Positions 1-13,954 of a DNA stretch of 64,000 nt are shown in pieces. Every line of letters begins with the position of its first letter. Position 1 is the first letter of the stretch. The position numbers and the translations under genes were made by a program. The stretch comes from the human T2T-CHM13v2.0 reference genome, Homo sapiens, in NCBI RefSeq assembly GCF_009914755.1, contig NC_060928.1. One strand, 5' to 3'. The notes beneath the pieces are model-generated. The model was not told the origin of the DNA. It did not search any database and saw only the letters and a list, made by a program, of their open reading frames with translations.

Positions 1-359
1 TACAGATTCATCACTCAACAAGTACTTATTAAATGAATAAACACAACATCTACTTTGTGTGTGTGTAAAAGAGCGAGATGGAGTTTAAAAATTTAGTATT
101 TAGATGGATTATTTATTTATAATACTAATAAGCTAAACAACTTCTAAAGTTTGTCCCCAATCTGATCTTTCCCTTCTTTAGGGCCAGGATAGCTTCCTAT
201 CTAACAGGTCAAAGATTGTTGAGTGTTACAAAATATTCAACTGAACAATGACAATATAAATACAATCAATTAAATAGTGGTACTGAAAAACTTCCAAAAA
301 TATCAGGGATTTGCATATTTAAGAGAATGATTTTGAGAACTGGATAAACCAAATGGAAA

Positions 360-2020
360 TAAGCGCGTAATAGAGAAAAGAAACGATGTCCAAATATGGT
401 TATTTGAATAGATCGAGAAAAGTGATAAAACCCTAGCTTACTAGGTCAAGAAAGAGAGGAGAAAACGCAAATTACCAATATCAGAAATACGAGAGGCATT
501 ATCCCTGCACTATCTCACAAACGTTAAAACAATAATATGAGACTATAATAAGGAGCTGCATGCTGAAGGAAGAAAGGAAAGAAGGAAAAAAGGAAGGAAG
601 AAAAGACATAAAGACCAGAAAGAAGTAAGCTATTTTGATTTGTGGATGACATGATTGTTCACACAGAAAATCCTAAGAAACCTACAAAATAACTAGTAAA
701 TGTAATAAGCTAATTGAGCATAGTTCTGAGTTAGGCTTATGTTTAAGCAGTCAATGATACTTTTATATAAAGCAATAAACAATTGGAAAATTAAAGCTTT
801 AAAATACCATTCACAATACCACCAAAAAACATAATTCTTACAAGTTCTTTCAGCAAAAAGTGGGCAATATCTTTACAGAAATCTACAAGACATTGCCAAA
901 AGAAACCAAAATAATATCTAAATAAACTGTAGGACACAAAGTGTTCTTGGATCATAACACACAATAATAATACGTTAACTATCCCCAATTAATTTTAAAT
1001 TTAATGGAATCCTAAATATAATCCTAGCAGACATTTCTGTAGAAATCTACAATTTTACTTTTGAATTTACAGGTAATGCAAATGAGCAAAAACAATAAAG
1101 CCAAAAAAACCAGAGTGAGAGGACTCATACCATGTGATTCCTAGACTTACAGAACTATTACCATCATCAAGTCACTTGGTGCCAGCGTTCAATCAACAAA
1201 TGATACACAATTGTAAGAACAAATTAGACTCCAATCATCTTATTTTACACAAAGGTAATTGGGAAATAAATTTTTTTTTCAACAGAGGGTGCTAAAATAA
1301 ATATCCACATAGAAAAAATAATATGTGTAACCTCTATTTAACACTATACCCAAAACTTAGTTTAAACTAGTTAATTGATACAAATAAATGAGGAAACTAA
1401 AACTATACAGCTTTAAGAGAAAAAATAAAAATAAGTTTTTTTCTCTTTGACAATTATTTCTCATGGTACAGAATTAAATAATAGTGACAATTGATGCAGT
1501 CCATTAAAATGAAAGAATTTCTGTTCATAAAAACTCCATCATTGAAAAAAATGGACAAAGAATGCACTTGGAACAAATATTGACAAAACAATCCTTAACA
1601 AAGAGCTGAAATCTTGATAAATCCAATACTTATAAAGAATTTCTATAACTAATAATAAAAGCTAAAATAACCTCCTATGAAAAATCTTAGCAGTCATTTC
1701 AAGGAAAGATTATAAATGACCAATATCTACATGAAATGTGCTCAGTATCACTTGTATCCAGGGAAATGTAAATTAAAACCTCTAGCAGATATAGAAGAAA
1801 TAGAAAAAAATGATAAAATCTAACATGGGCAAGGGTGGAGTGCAATGGGAATGTTCATATGTTGTTGGTGAAACTGGAAAATGGTAGAACTGGTTTGCAA
1901 AAAAAGTTGTATTAAACAGCCAAAATTGTACTTATAACCCCACAATTCTAATTCTAGATATTTCCCTAATAGAAATAAAAATGTCTACAAATACTTACAT
2001 AGGAATATTCACAATTGCCA
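360..2020 (+). mobile_element. Ancient degenerate L1 (L1M-class) ORF2/3' fragments
   Basis: Decayed L1 ORF2 motifs, e.g. 'gatgacatgattgttcacacagaaaatcctaag' (~646, RT FADD region) and 'cagggaaatgtaaattaaaacc' (~1759); A-rich sense strand; no intact ORF; boundaries approximate. Confidence 0.75.
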
Positions 2021-2477
2021 CATTTTTCAGTTGTTGCTTTATGGCAGATATTATTATTTTATTCACTGCGTACCTATAATTATTTGGTGAGCAAAATAAA
2101 AAAATTATATCATGACTACATAGTAGTGTGTTACTAAATAATATGTAAGTAACTAAATTTCAAAAATATAAAATTTTAGTAATTTACGTCATTATTTATT
2201 TTTTATATAAAAGAAATATGTATGCCATTTCCCACCATTTTTTTCTTGATTTCACCAAAACTCCAAGTAGGAAAGACTTCTGGTTTTAAAAAGTATGTAA
2301 ATTAACCTTTATATTTGGATCTAAAGTTATTTTAAAGACCATCTAACCCAGCCCCCTCAGTTTACCAAAAAAAAAAAAAAAAAAGAAGATATTCAAAAAA
2401 GGCAAGTGGCTATTTATACTATCATGGAAGAAAAGAAACAGAACACAGTATATGACAAGATGTAGAAATCCATAGAA

Positions 2478-2637
2478 CTTCTAAAATGGAGACTATTTTA
2501 TTTATTTCTATAGGTACAATGACAGTGCTATCCATATTTAATTTTATTTTCATTGTCTTCTAAAACGGAGACTATTTTATTTATTTCTATAGGTACAACG
2601 ACAGTGCTATCCATATTTAATTTTATTTTCATTGTCT
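2478..2637. repeat. Tandem duplication, 79 bp x2
   Basis: 'cttctaaaaYggagactattttatttatttctataggtacaaYgacagtgctatccatatttaattttattttcattgt' starts at 2478 and 2557; only 2 differences. Confidence 0.95.
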
Positions 2638-5600
2638 GTCTGTTGATCTTACAGAAAGTCAATGGGCATTGACTTTGAATGAGTACTAAAGAAGGCCATT
2701 TTATAATAGGGTTATAAAACTAGCACTGAATTATTAATTTATCACAACTTGCTATTTCAAATTCTACTATTCTTCCTCATATTTCTATTAAAAGTAAAAA
2801 ATTATTAATAGCAGTTTTCTGACTTTTTTTCACTAGAGGTTATATTAGGTTCTATTAATTAAATTAGATGACCTCTCATACTGTCAGGATAGAAAAAACC
2901 ATTTGTAAGAACAAAGCGGAGATCTGATGAGGCGAACATTGATTTGTTTTTTCCAGTAGCATGTGTATTGATCATCAACATCCAGTCGGATTTAGCTTTT
3001 CCTGACCATGTGATGTTTTATTGCAAAATATCTAGTGTGTGGTGCCAGCCACTCAGAGCAGCTGGTGTCAAAGGGTAGTTTGATCTGTATTGTAAAACTA
3101 ACAAGACTACAATTTAAAAGGCTAAAGGGCAGCCACTGCAACCAGAAGGGAGTTAAACCAAGAAGTCATGTCTATTCACACACGTTCTGTGTCCTTCAGA
3201 ATTTACAGAAAACAATTTGACTGTCATTCCATATCTGGGTATTTAAAAATCAGCAGCAAAGTGTCGACATGTTTTTAAATTTAGTGCCAGATAAATATTT
3301 AAAGCACAATTCTCTGGATCTCTTCATTCATAAATATCTTAGAAATATATTTTCTTTAGAAATATATGTTCTGTCCACCAGGCAATACAAGAGTAATTTT
3401 AGTTCATCTTGGCATAGCAGAGTCCTTCATCTTTTGTGCACTTCTGCTCATCTTGGCTGTGCACTTCCTCCCAGCCGCTAAGTGACCACATACTCCCTCC
3501 AACCCAAACTTTTCCTTCAGGGATTCAGCTGATTTACATAATTTTTCACTAGCTAATTAGGTTTTTCAAGTTCATACATTATTTTATGGAATTCTTAGCA
3601 CATTTGAATGTTTATTATATAAATTTTAATATAAAAGACTTTGGTCAAATTAATACACTTCTAATTGTAGAATCTTAGACATCAGTAGGGGTGTCTTCCA
3701 TCAATATAGTGACAGGATGAGTGGAAACCTCCAAATTCATGCATCTTGCAAACCCAGCAACTCCATTATCAAGTACTGGACCCAGTGCTTGGGAAAAAAT
3801 AAAGTATTACTTCAAATAAGAACATTCTTTTCAAATATTTAGATAATAAAATTAATATTTTGGGATTAAGTTTGTAATTTATCTGGATAGTGAATAATTA
3901 GATAGATATCAAGGATTTCCCCCAATGTGGGGAAATTATATCAATTTAAATAATCTTATATGTAATTATAAAATATGCATGTTTAAAAAGTCTAATAAAG
4001 ATTAAATAGCATAGGATATTTTATATTAATAGGTTTTTTTCAACTGGATGTGTTGAAAAAATTATTCTGGTGCATCATTAAGTCAATAACATCTAATTCT
4101 CCAATTCTGGAAGGTGTTAGAAAATAGATTTTTAGAAATTTTATAATTGTCAGTGGAAATTACTTTTAAATACCTCATTATCTGAAGAAAACGTAGAGAC
4201 GTTCTAATATTATATAGTGAATTGTATAATCAAAAAGGTTAATATGAAGAGAAAAATAAATTGTTAGAAGCTGCCATTATGAAATAAAAAAGAGGTGGTC
4301 TTATTAAGACAGAAAAAGAGAAGAAAGGTTAGATCTTTAGTGATGGAAAAAAAGAATGGAAAAGCATAGGAAAAAAATGGTCATGATATTTAGAAGAGAG
4401 AAAGTATTACAGGCTAGATATATATGTATAAAGAATAGAATCATCTCAGCAAGCTAGAGAGGAAAGTGGAATGGGAACACCAAGAACCTGGCATGTCAAG
4501 CCAGAGATTTTTGAATTTGATCTGAGAGAGGTTTAGGTTTCAGGGTCTGGAAGAGGCATGATGGAAGCATCCATTGACCACGCATCTGCTGGGTGACTGC
4601 ACCAGTGCAGGACGGTCATCACTGACCCTGCTTAGGGCATGACTGAGGGTTGCTGAACTGCCTATGAAAGATGGATGACATGATACCGAACCACAGTCCT
4701 AGGATGTCAAAATGAGATTGTGATGTTTATTTGCACACTTGACTTGTGCTGTAATCAGTGTCTATTTTTCTTCTTTTCAATGACTCCTTTGACCAGCTCT
4801 GTGCATTATGGATAAAGCAATCAGAACATAAATTGTCAGTTTGGCTCATCACAATCCCTGAAGAGCTCAGTGAACACAGTGACCTGTTTTCCCAGCCATC
4901 TCACAATAAAAACTAAACTGTGCCAGCTTTTTTAAGGAACATTCTAGAAAAAGTCATGGTATAACCTGCCAGCTCAGTTCCAGGAAAAAGTATTGAGTGA
5001 AATGTTATGTGAAGACAGAATGTCTGTTGCATGATTCAATACTGTGATGGTGGGGATGACCTCTAAATTATGGATGGTGACTACAACCACACATGCCCTC
5101 CTATCAATTCTCTAGCTAGCTTCTTGACTCCGATGTCCAACACCATCATGCTTAGTCTGTAAGAATATTCTACTGTTTTTCTTGTTAATATTTTCAATGT
5201 TAGCATTTGTTTTTGTTGTCTTTAATGTATTTTTTATATATGTAAAATACTTGTATGATTAAAGATCAAAACTATTGTTTTAAACATACTCATACAAGTC
5301 TTGCAAACTTGTCTACCCTGTTCTTATCCATAATTTTTGTTAGTTCCTAGTTTGATATTCAGATATGTGTCTAATGTTTGGATATATTCTTATTTCCCCT
5401 TTTTTAATGTAATGTACACAGTATATCCTGCATCCCCTGCTTTGATTGCTTACAAATATATCCTAGTGATTTTTCATTCTCTCTCTCTGTGTGTGTGAGT
5501 GCGTGTGTGTGTGTGTGTGTTTACAGTTAACAACATTCCACTTGGTGATGTGTTCTATGTTGGTGGGCATTAATTTTATTCCTTAGTTTTTTGTTTTTAC

Positions 5601-6733
5601 CAATAATGGCATACTGAATAAACTTGTACATTTCCCCTGTTTGTGGAGGTGAGTTTTATAGAGTTGGTATTGCTCAGTCAAGTAATACAAGGAGTAACAA
5701 GTTTCTTAGATATTATCAAATTAGTTCTCCCCATAGAGATTCTATTTGCACCTCCAACAAGAAATCAGAGCAACTGATTCTCCGCATCTTGCCAAAAGAG
5801 CACATTCAAAGTTTTCTAGTTTTGCTAAGCTGATGTGTGAGAAATAATACTTGGTTCTAAAATTTTGCTAACTACATAGCAAGTTAGCAAGCATTACAGA
5901 GGAATGACGACTTGTTCTCATTTTATAGTTTTCTAAAACTATAAATAGAAGTGTTCTATTATTTAGAAATAGCTCTTTAGTGTCCTCAGATTGGCAGAAC
6001 AACTTTTAAAATACCAATAGCAGGCATTACAACATTGGTTCATTTGCCAGCCAGGGGAAGAGCTGAATCTTTCTTTGTATTTTCTAAAGAAAAACTTTAT
6101 AAAGCCAATTTTACATTTCATTTGGAAGTGAAGAAGACTGTCATCTGGACTCTAACATTGCACATAATACGGTTGAATATGCTGCATTACAGTCACACTG
6201 TTCCAACTTATATGTATAAATGTTTCTTTCATTTGAATAAATAAAATGACTTTCAGATTCTCTTCTAAATTAATTGTCAATTTCCTAAGATTTGACATTC
6301 AGTATATCATCCATTGCAATTAACCAAGAAGTAAAAAAAAAATAATAATAATGATTTTTTATTTTCACGGAACAATGGGATTTCATCTAGATTTTCTGAT
6401 TAATTTGGTATTTTACTTTGCCATTATAATTCAATTTATGTAGCTTTTCTGTTCATTCCTCAAAGGCATTTTTATCATTCATGAAAATCTGAAATAAAAA
6501 GGAAAAATATTTCAATATTCATTTTCTCCCACAGGGATCCTTGTGCTGCTGCACTGCAAACAGCTACGTAGAACAGGCATTTTCAATGTTTTTTTGTGCC
6601 AGAAAGCAAGTTTCAACTCTTTCATATGGTTATTTTTTATTGCTCACAAAACAAATGAAAAAAAAAATGAAATTACTTACTATTATCAGCAATATTGATT
6701 ATCTAATTATCCAACAACAAAATAAAGGTAGCT

Positions 6734-7072
<339 letters not shown>

Positions 7073-7879
7073 CTAGAAAATAAATTATTATTAATATGTT
7101 TGTATATAAGAGGCTATTATATTCTAGATCATATTTAAAGCAACAGTACTTGGTTATCAAATTATTTTCTTAGTTATGCAGCTTCATTCTCACTATACTC
7201 ATACATTTTTTCTAAAGAGAACCAAGACTACATAAAAATGTAGCATCATGTTCATCATTGACTTTTTAATAGAGAAAACATACAAATAGCAATAAATGCT
7301 TCATACTTAAAGTAATAACTGGATTGTCGTAAGTCCTTCAATATATACATTTGGTAGGTTCCAGTGATGCTTTAGCTCATAGAGAAACCCAACACATTTT
7401 GATGATAATGAAACTAAATTTTTATGTTTCAGTCTAGAAGCAAAATATATCCTGAGAAAAAAGTTTTGAAATAGGCATGTGTTGGTGAACAGTTTAATTA
7501 TTTGTCATAGGTAAAAATGGAGGGAGAAAAGCTGTGTGGATGAAGTGAAAATTTTATTTCCAAAGATCATATGTATACACATATATTTTCCAAGGATCTA
7601 GAGGGGTTCTGATGATGAAACCTCCAGGTTTAGCTGTCACAATCACTAGATCTTGATTCCTTGGGCTGTGTGTCTTGATGCCACACAAGTCGGCACTTAG
7701 CACATGGAGAACCTAAGTGTCTTCCTCCCACTTCCAGCATTGAATAAACATGAAGGCAACTACTCTGCCCAGTGATGAGCTTCTCTCCAAAGCCTCTGCA
7801 TTTCCCTCAGCCTCATCTCAGCTTTCATGATTCCAATCTGCCATGGAGCTAGAAATAAACATTGTATTCTAAAATACGG

Positions 7880-8330
7880 AGCCAAGCTAGGTGACATGCT
7901 TACAGCACTTTGGTAGGCTGAGGCAGGAGGATGCCTTGAGCCCTGTAGTTCAAGACCAGCCTGGGCAACATAAAGATACCTCATATCTACAAAATAAAAA
8001 TTAAAAATTTAGCTGGGTGCGGTTGTGCCGACTGGAGTCCCAGCTCCTCAGGAGGCTGAGGAAGGAGGTTCACTTGATCCCGGGAGGTTGAGGCTGCAGT
8101 GAGCCATGATCATGCCACTATACTCCAGCCTGGACAACAGAGCAAGACCCCATCTCCATAAAAAATGTTTAAAATTAACCAGGCATAGTGGCATGCACTT
8201 TAGTCCCTGCTATTCAAGAGGCTGAGGAGGGAGGCTTACTGGAGCCCAGGAGGTTGAAGCTGCATGAGCTATGATGGCCCCACTGCACTCCAGTCTAGGC
8301 CACTGAACAAGACCCTGCCATAAAAAAATA
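7880..8330 (+). mobile_element. AluJ with an extra right-arm monomer (L-R-R)
   Basis: Left arm ~7880-8000, right arm ~8010-8160, second diverged right arm ~8178-8330 ('ggaggttgaagctgca'). Confidence 0.85.
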
Positions 8331-8569
8331 TACAGACTCCAAAATATCCCTCCACCCACCCAGTTTTCAAGTTCCTTCACACTTTAGTTTTACATTCTTT
8401 TGGCTCCAGTCCCTATCACTCACTCTCTACACATAATTCTGGAGACAAGCAGACACTGGGATATTCCATTCTTGGAATATACGAGGCACTTTAATGCCTC
8501 CTTGCTTTGATTTTAATCACTTCTGCCTAAAATCCTCCTGTCCACCAGTTGCCTCCCCATCGAATCTGT

Positions 8570-8862
8570 GTCTGGCCACGTGATTAGTTCCAGCCAATAT
8601 AACTAGTGAATAATGATGATGAGTGTCCCACTCAGACTTCAAGAAGTGGTTGTGCCTCTCCCATTCTCTTTAGTCTTCTGTTAGGTGAATGCAGAGGCTG
8701 AGGAGAGCCTAGAATGCAGCAAAGCCATGGGAAGGAAGGAACTCAGGTTCCAGAGTCGTGGGGTAACTGTACACCAATATGCACAGCCGCATCAGGCTGC
8801 TACTCACACAGTAACAAGGCTCTATGAGGGCCACTGGCCTTTTGGAGCTGATTTGTTACAAT
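8570..8862. mobile_element. Old MaLR LTR fragment (MLT1-like)
   Basis: 'tggccacgtgattagttccagccaat...gaaggaactcaggttcc...gccactg...atttgttaca' resembles MLT1 LTRs. Confidence 0.55.
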
Positions 8863-9602
8863 TTGAAACACTAAATATTGCAGACCCTAGGAAAGGAGGA
8901 TTCTACAATTTAAACTGGGCCACTTGTCTCTCATGTTTTGTCTATTTCTGTTAAGTTTAGGGAAAAAAATTATTAAGAACTTATTTTCATTAGAATACTA
9001 CATTAGATTCTCTTGGGAATGTGACTATGATCAAAATATGGTCTTTAGTTTTGAAAAACTTAAAATTTAATATTATAGTTTTCACTAAACTATAAGGAGA
9101 TCTCCTTTGTTTACCTGTCATCTTGGAAAATATGACGTGTTCATAAAGAAGCAACTCTAGGTGAGGCTTTTAATTCTGTATTTTGTGAAAATGAGGAAAA
9201 AAAATCCCTGTCAAATGTTATCTGAGAAATATTTCTCTAGACTGTTTAAAGACCTCCCTATGTGTAATGTACTGCACAAGTCATAGACACTTTGCAAGAA
9301 CATAGTCCCTGAATTAGTTTAAAATTGTAATGAAAAGCTGAAAAGTTAGATCATTTTCTTCTCCCATTTTGGAGGAGTGTCTGGTTTATATAAAAAGAAA
9401 CTGTTTTCTCTCAGTTTCAAATAATTTTAAACTAATAGAGAAATCAACTGGATAAAAGCAAAAGGAAGTTATTTGAAACTCTATAACAAGATCTTAACTT
9501 TCTTCTCTACGAGGAAAACAAAGTTTCATAGAAACGAAAATAATTCTTTTTTAAGAGGCAAAAGTAGAGTCTAAAAATTTTAGTTTAAAAAGCAATTTAT
9601 AC

Positions 9603-9902
<300 letters not shown>

Positions 9903-10542
9903 TTATTCTTACAGCCAGTATCCTCCTGGAGTAATACATCACCAATAAACAATTCACAAAACGCTGTGTGAAATTTTAGTTTTATTTATATTCTTTTGGG
10001 CCATGTTAAACATACTACAGTGCAAGAGAAATCCCTTTAAATAAAGGACATGCCCTAGGGGCAATTGCCTGATGTACTTCAGATTAGCCTAGGGGATACC
10101 AGCACATGCTTTGATGAGACAGTAAATGCCTTCCTGGTTTTTGAACTAATTCTCTCATGCAAATTGCTTGTATGATGTTATGCAACAGCAAATTTTTTTT
10201 TTCACTTAGGAGGCCTGCAGAACTTTTACAGAGAAACCTGCTTAGCAGTTAAGTAAAATACTCAGTTTGATCCAAGAACAAACACATGTACCAATTCCTT
10301 AAAGAATCACATACAGAGTAGCAACAATTGAATTGTTACTCAATTTTTTTCCACTCTATTTTCATCTTAAGTTGCATAACACATTGTTTAACTTGAACAC
10401 TTAAGGAAAACATACGCTGAGGGAAAATGTTTTTATGATGTTTTAAAATGGAACAGACATTTCATTCAGAATGGCACTTCCACAGTAAGTAATCAATCTT
10501 ATATTTACTCCTAAGATTAATTTTTATCTAAATATTGTTCAA

Positions 10543-11332
10543 AAAGAGAAAGGGGACCCCTTGTACACTGTTGTTGGGAATGTAAATTAGTACAACTGCT
10601 ATGGAGAAGAGTTTAGCAGCTCCTCAGAAAACTGAAAACAGAACTATTATATGATTCAGGAATTCCACTGCTGGGTATAGACGCAAAATAAAGAAATTAG
10701 CATGTTAAACGGATATCCACACTCCCACGTTCATGGCAGCACCACTCACAATAGCTGAGATATGGAATCAAGTTCAGTGTTCATCCATGGATGAATGGAT
10801 AAAGGAAATGTGTTGTATATGCACAAAGGAATATTGTTTAGCCATAAAAAAGAATTAAACTCTGTCATTCACAGCATTGTGGATAGAACTGGAGGACATT
10901 ATGTGAAGTAAAATAAGCCAGGCACAGAAAGACAAATTTCTCATATTCTTAGTCATACGTGGGAGCTAAAAAAAAATGAAACTCACGGAGACAGAGTAGA
11001 ATGGTGGTCACCAGAAGTCGGGAAGGGTGGTGGGGCGGGGGTAAGAAGAACAGGTAGTTAATGGGTACAGAAGTGTAGTTAGATAGAAGGAATCAGATCT
11101 AGTGTTTGGTAGCACAATAGAACAACCATAGTTAACAATCATGTATTCCCTATTTCAGAATAACCAAAAGAGTAGAATTGGAATGTTCCTAACACAAACA
11201 AATTATAAGTGTTGAGGTGATAGGTATCCCAGTTACCCTGACTTAATCATTATACATTGTATGCTTATATAATAACATCACACGGACCTCATAAATATGT
11301 ACAACTAATATGTATCCATAATTTTAAAAAAT
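10543..11332 (+). mobile_element. L1MA-class 3' end
   Basis: ORF2 C-terminus and 3'UTR ('tacactgttgttgggaatgtaaattagtac', 'ggatgaatggataaaggaaatgtg', 'ataaatatgtacaac') ending in an A tail. Confidence 0.9.
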
Positions 11333-12096
11333 AGAAGGTAAATCTTATAAAAGCTTCCTTAAAATATTGGTTTAATTTTGAGTTAAATAAAAATCTAAAG
11401 TTTATTGAAACAGTGATGTGTTCCAGTGTAAGAATGTCGTCTGATTTTGATTGTAGATGAGCCTTATCAAATTCAACTCTGTCTTCTCCAGCTCAGACTG
11501 CCTGCACTTCCAATGCTGCAGACAAATAGACAATGGACTCTCACTAAATGACTTCCTGTACCATATCCATATAAAGTTAATCAAAGCAACCAATCCCATT
11601 TTTTGTTGTTAGTGGCTGACTGTTATATGTGTGTCTTTTTTTGTTTTGTTTTGTTTGTGTAAAATATTTCTAACTATTGCCCTTCTCTCTTGCATTTGTA
11701 TTGAGATTGCTATTATTGACCCATGCAAACTTTAAAACTGTATAAACATACACAAATTACACACACACATAAACACAAAAAGAATAACTCTAGACAAAAT
11801 TATTTTCTTTCACATTTTAATCAGTAGCTTTAAAACCATATAAAATTTAAAGATCAACTTTAGCATTTCTAGCAGATTTACAGCAAACTGACATTTACAG
11901 CCCATTAAGACACTATGGTTAGAAAAAGTTTAATGAAAACAGACAAGGATTAAAGATTTTATTCCTCTCCTACCTTTTAATATTTTTCAAAATTTTGCTG
12001 TAATTGATCTGTTTTAAAATGTAATATTCAATATGAAATGCAAACAATTCTTTAAATAACTTTATCAAGTAAAATCGTGTTTTTGGTAAAACATAT

Positions 12097-12510
12097 TGTA
12101 TTAGTTCATTTTGTGTTTCTATAAAGCAATAGCTAAGGCTGGCCAATTTACGAAGAAAAAGGGATTATTTGGCCCACAGTTCTGCTTGCTGTACAAGCAT
12201 GGTGTCAGCATCTGCTTCTGGTGAGGCCTCAGGGCACTTACAATTGTAGCAGAAGGTGGAGGGGGAGCAGGTGTGTTACATGGTGAGAGAAAGAGAAAGA
12301 GGGAGAGGAGGTGCTGCCAGGCTCTTTTTAACAATCTGCTCTCACGTGGCTAATAGAGTAAGAACTCATTCATTACCACAGGGACACACCAAGCCATTCA
12401 TGAGGGATCCCCTGCCATGACAAAAACACTGCTCACCAGCCCCCACTGCCAACACTGGGGATCATATTTCCGCACGAGATTTGGAGGGGACGAACATCCA
12501 AACCGTATCA
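12097..12510 (-). mobile_element. Solo MaLR LTR (MSTB-like)
   Basis: tgtattag...ccgtatca termini; 5-bp TSD catat at 12092-96 and 12511-15. Confidence 0.92.
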
Positions 12511-12999
12511 CATATTAATCTTTCTTTTGACATTAAAGATCCAACTTTACAACCAAACAGTACTTTACCAAGTGATAAGATATTCCAGGGAATAACCCTA
12601 GAAAGGAATAGAACTCTATTTGATTAATTAATCCATAATTATTTATTGAGCTGATTCATATAGACATATGCATTTAATATTTGCTGTATTCAAATTTGCA
12701 TTATTGGATATTAGTGTTATTCATAGAGGATGACTCTAACTTTACAGTGAAGGAATTCCGAGATGATAGTACTGGTAATATTTCTTTGTATTCAGAGCAT
12801 GTCAGTGATAAATTCTCTCTACTGTGGTTGGCTCTTAGACCTTTATACTACCTAAGCTACTCTGATATTATAGAGCTACATTCAATAAAAATAGAGACAA
12901 GTTGCTTTTAAATCTATCTCCCATTGTCTCCCTTATTGCATTTGTATACCCTCCCCTTACAATTTGATAATAGTGATTCTATCAGAGTGATAGTTGTTC

Positions 13000-13253
13000 A
13001 CCAACATGTATGCTACTGCTCTTACTGAGCACACATATAGATTGCATTTCTCATGCACCCTTAAAGTTAGGGGTGACAAGATGACTAATTTAGGCAGCAG
13101 AATGTAAATGAAAAATGGTATGTACTACTTGAGGCTGGGGTGTTCCAGGTGGCAGCATGGGTGCTCCATATTCAGTTCCCTGTTTCTCTCAGCTGGGAAG
13201 GAAATAAGCAGAGTGACCTTGGAAGCCATGCGCTAAAGATTGTAGAGTTTCTT
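13000..13253. mobile_element. MLT1-like LTR fragment
   Basis: 'tgcatttctcatgcacccttaaagttaggggtgacaagatgactaattt...agaatgtaaatg' is MLT1-like; truncated against the L1. Confidence 0.55.
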
Positions 13254-13954
13254 TCAGGTATATGCTAATGAGTCACAGATTTGGTCTCTTTCCATAGTCC
13301 TATATTTCTTGGAGGTTTTGTTCATTTTCTAAAATTATGTTTTATTTTTGTCTCACTGAGTTGCTTTGAAGAACCAGACTTCAAGCTCTGAGGTTCTTTC
13401 CTGAACTTGATCTATCTGATGTTGATGCTTTTGGTTTTATTATAAAATTCTTGAAGTGAATTATTTAGTTCCAGAAGGTCAGTTTGGTTCTTTCTTAAAA
13501 TGGTCATTTTGTTTTTCAGCTCCTGGATCACCTTACTCAATATCTTTGAGTCCTTGAATTGTGTTTCAACTTTCATCTGAATCTCCTTGCCATTCAGGTT
13601 CTGCATTCTACGGCTTTCATTTGAGTCATCTCACTCTGGCTAAGAGCCATTTCTGGGGAACTAGTATGTGTGTTCGGAGGCAGGAGAACACACTGGCTTT
13701 TTGAGATTCCAGAGTTCTTGCACTGATTCTTTCTCATGTGTGAGGTCTGGTGTTCCTTTCACTGTGATGTAAGTTGAGGATAGTCAGCTGGCTTCATTTC
13801 TCAGTGTTTTCAGAGGGCCAAGACCATTTAGAATCTTTATTTGTACCTGGATTTCTGCCGTAGTTTTCGCAGGTATCTTGGGCTGTGATCCAGTAGGTGA
13901 GGTTTAACAGGGTAGGCCGGTGGATAGGCTCTTACTCACAGGGTTCTTTTCTAT

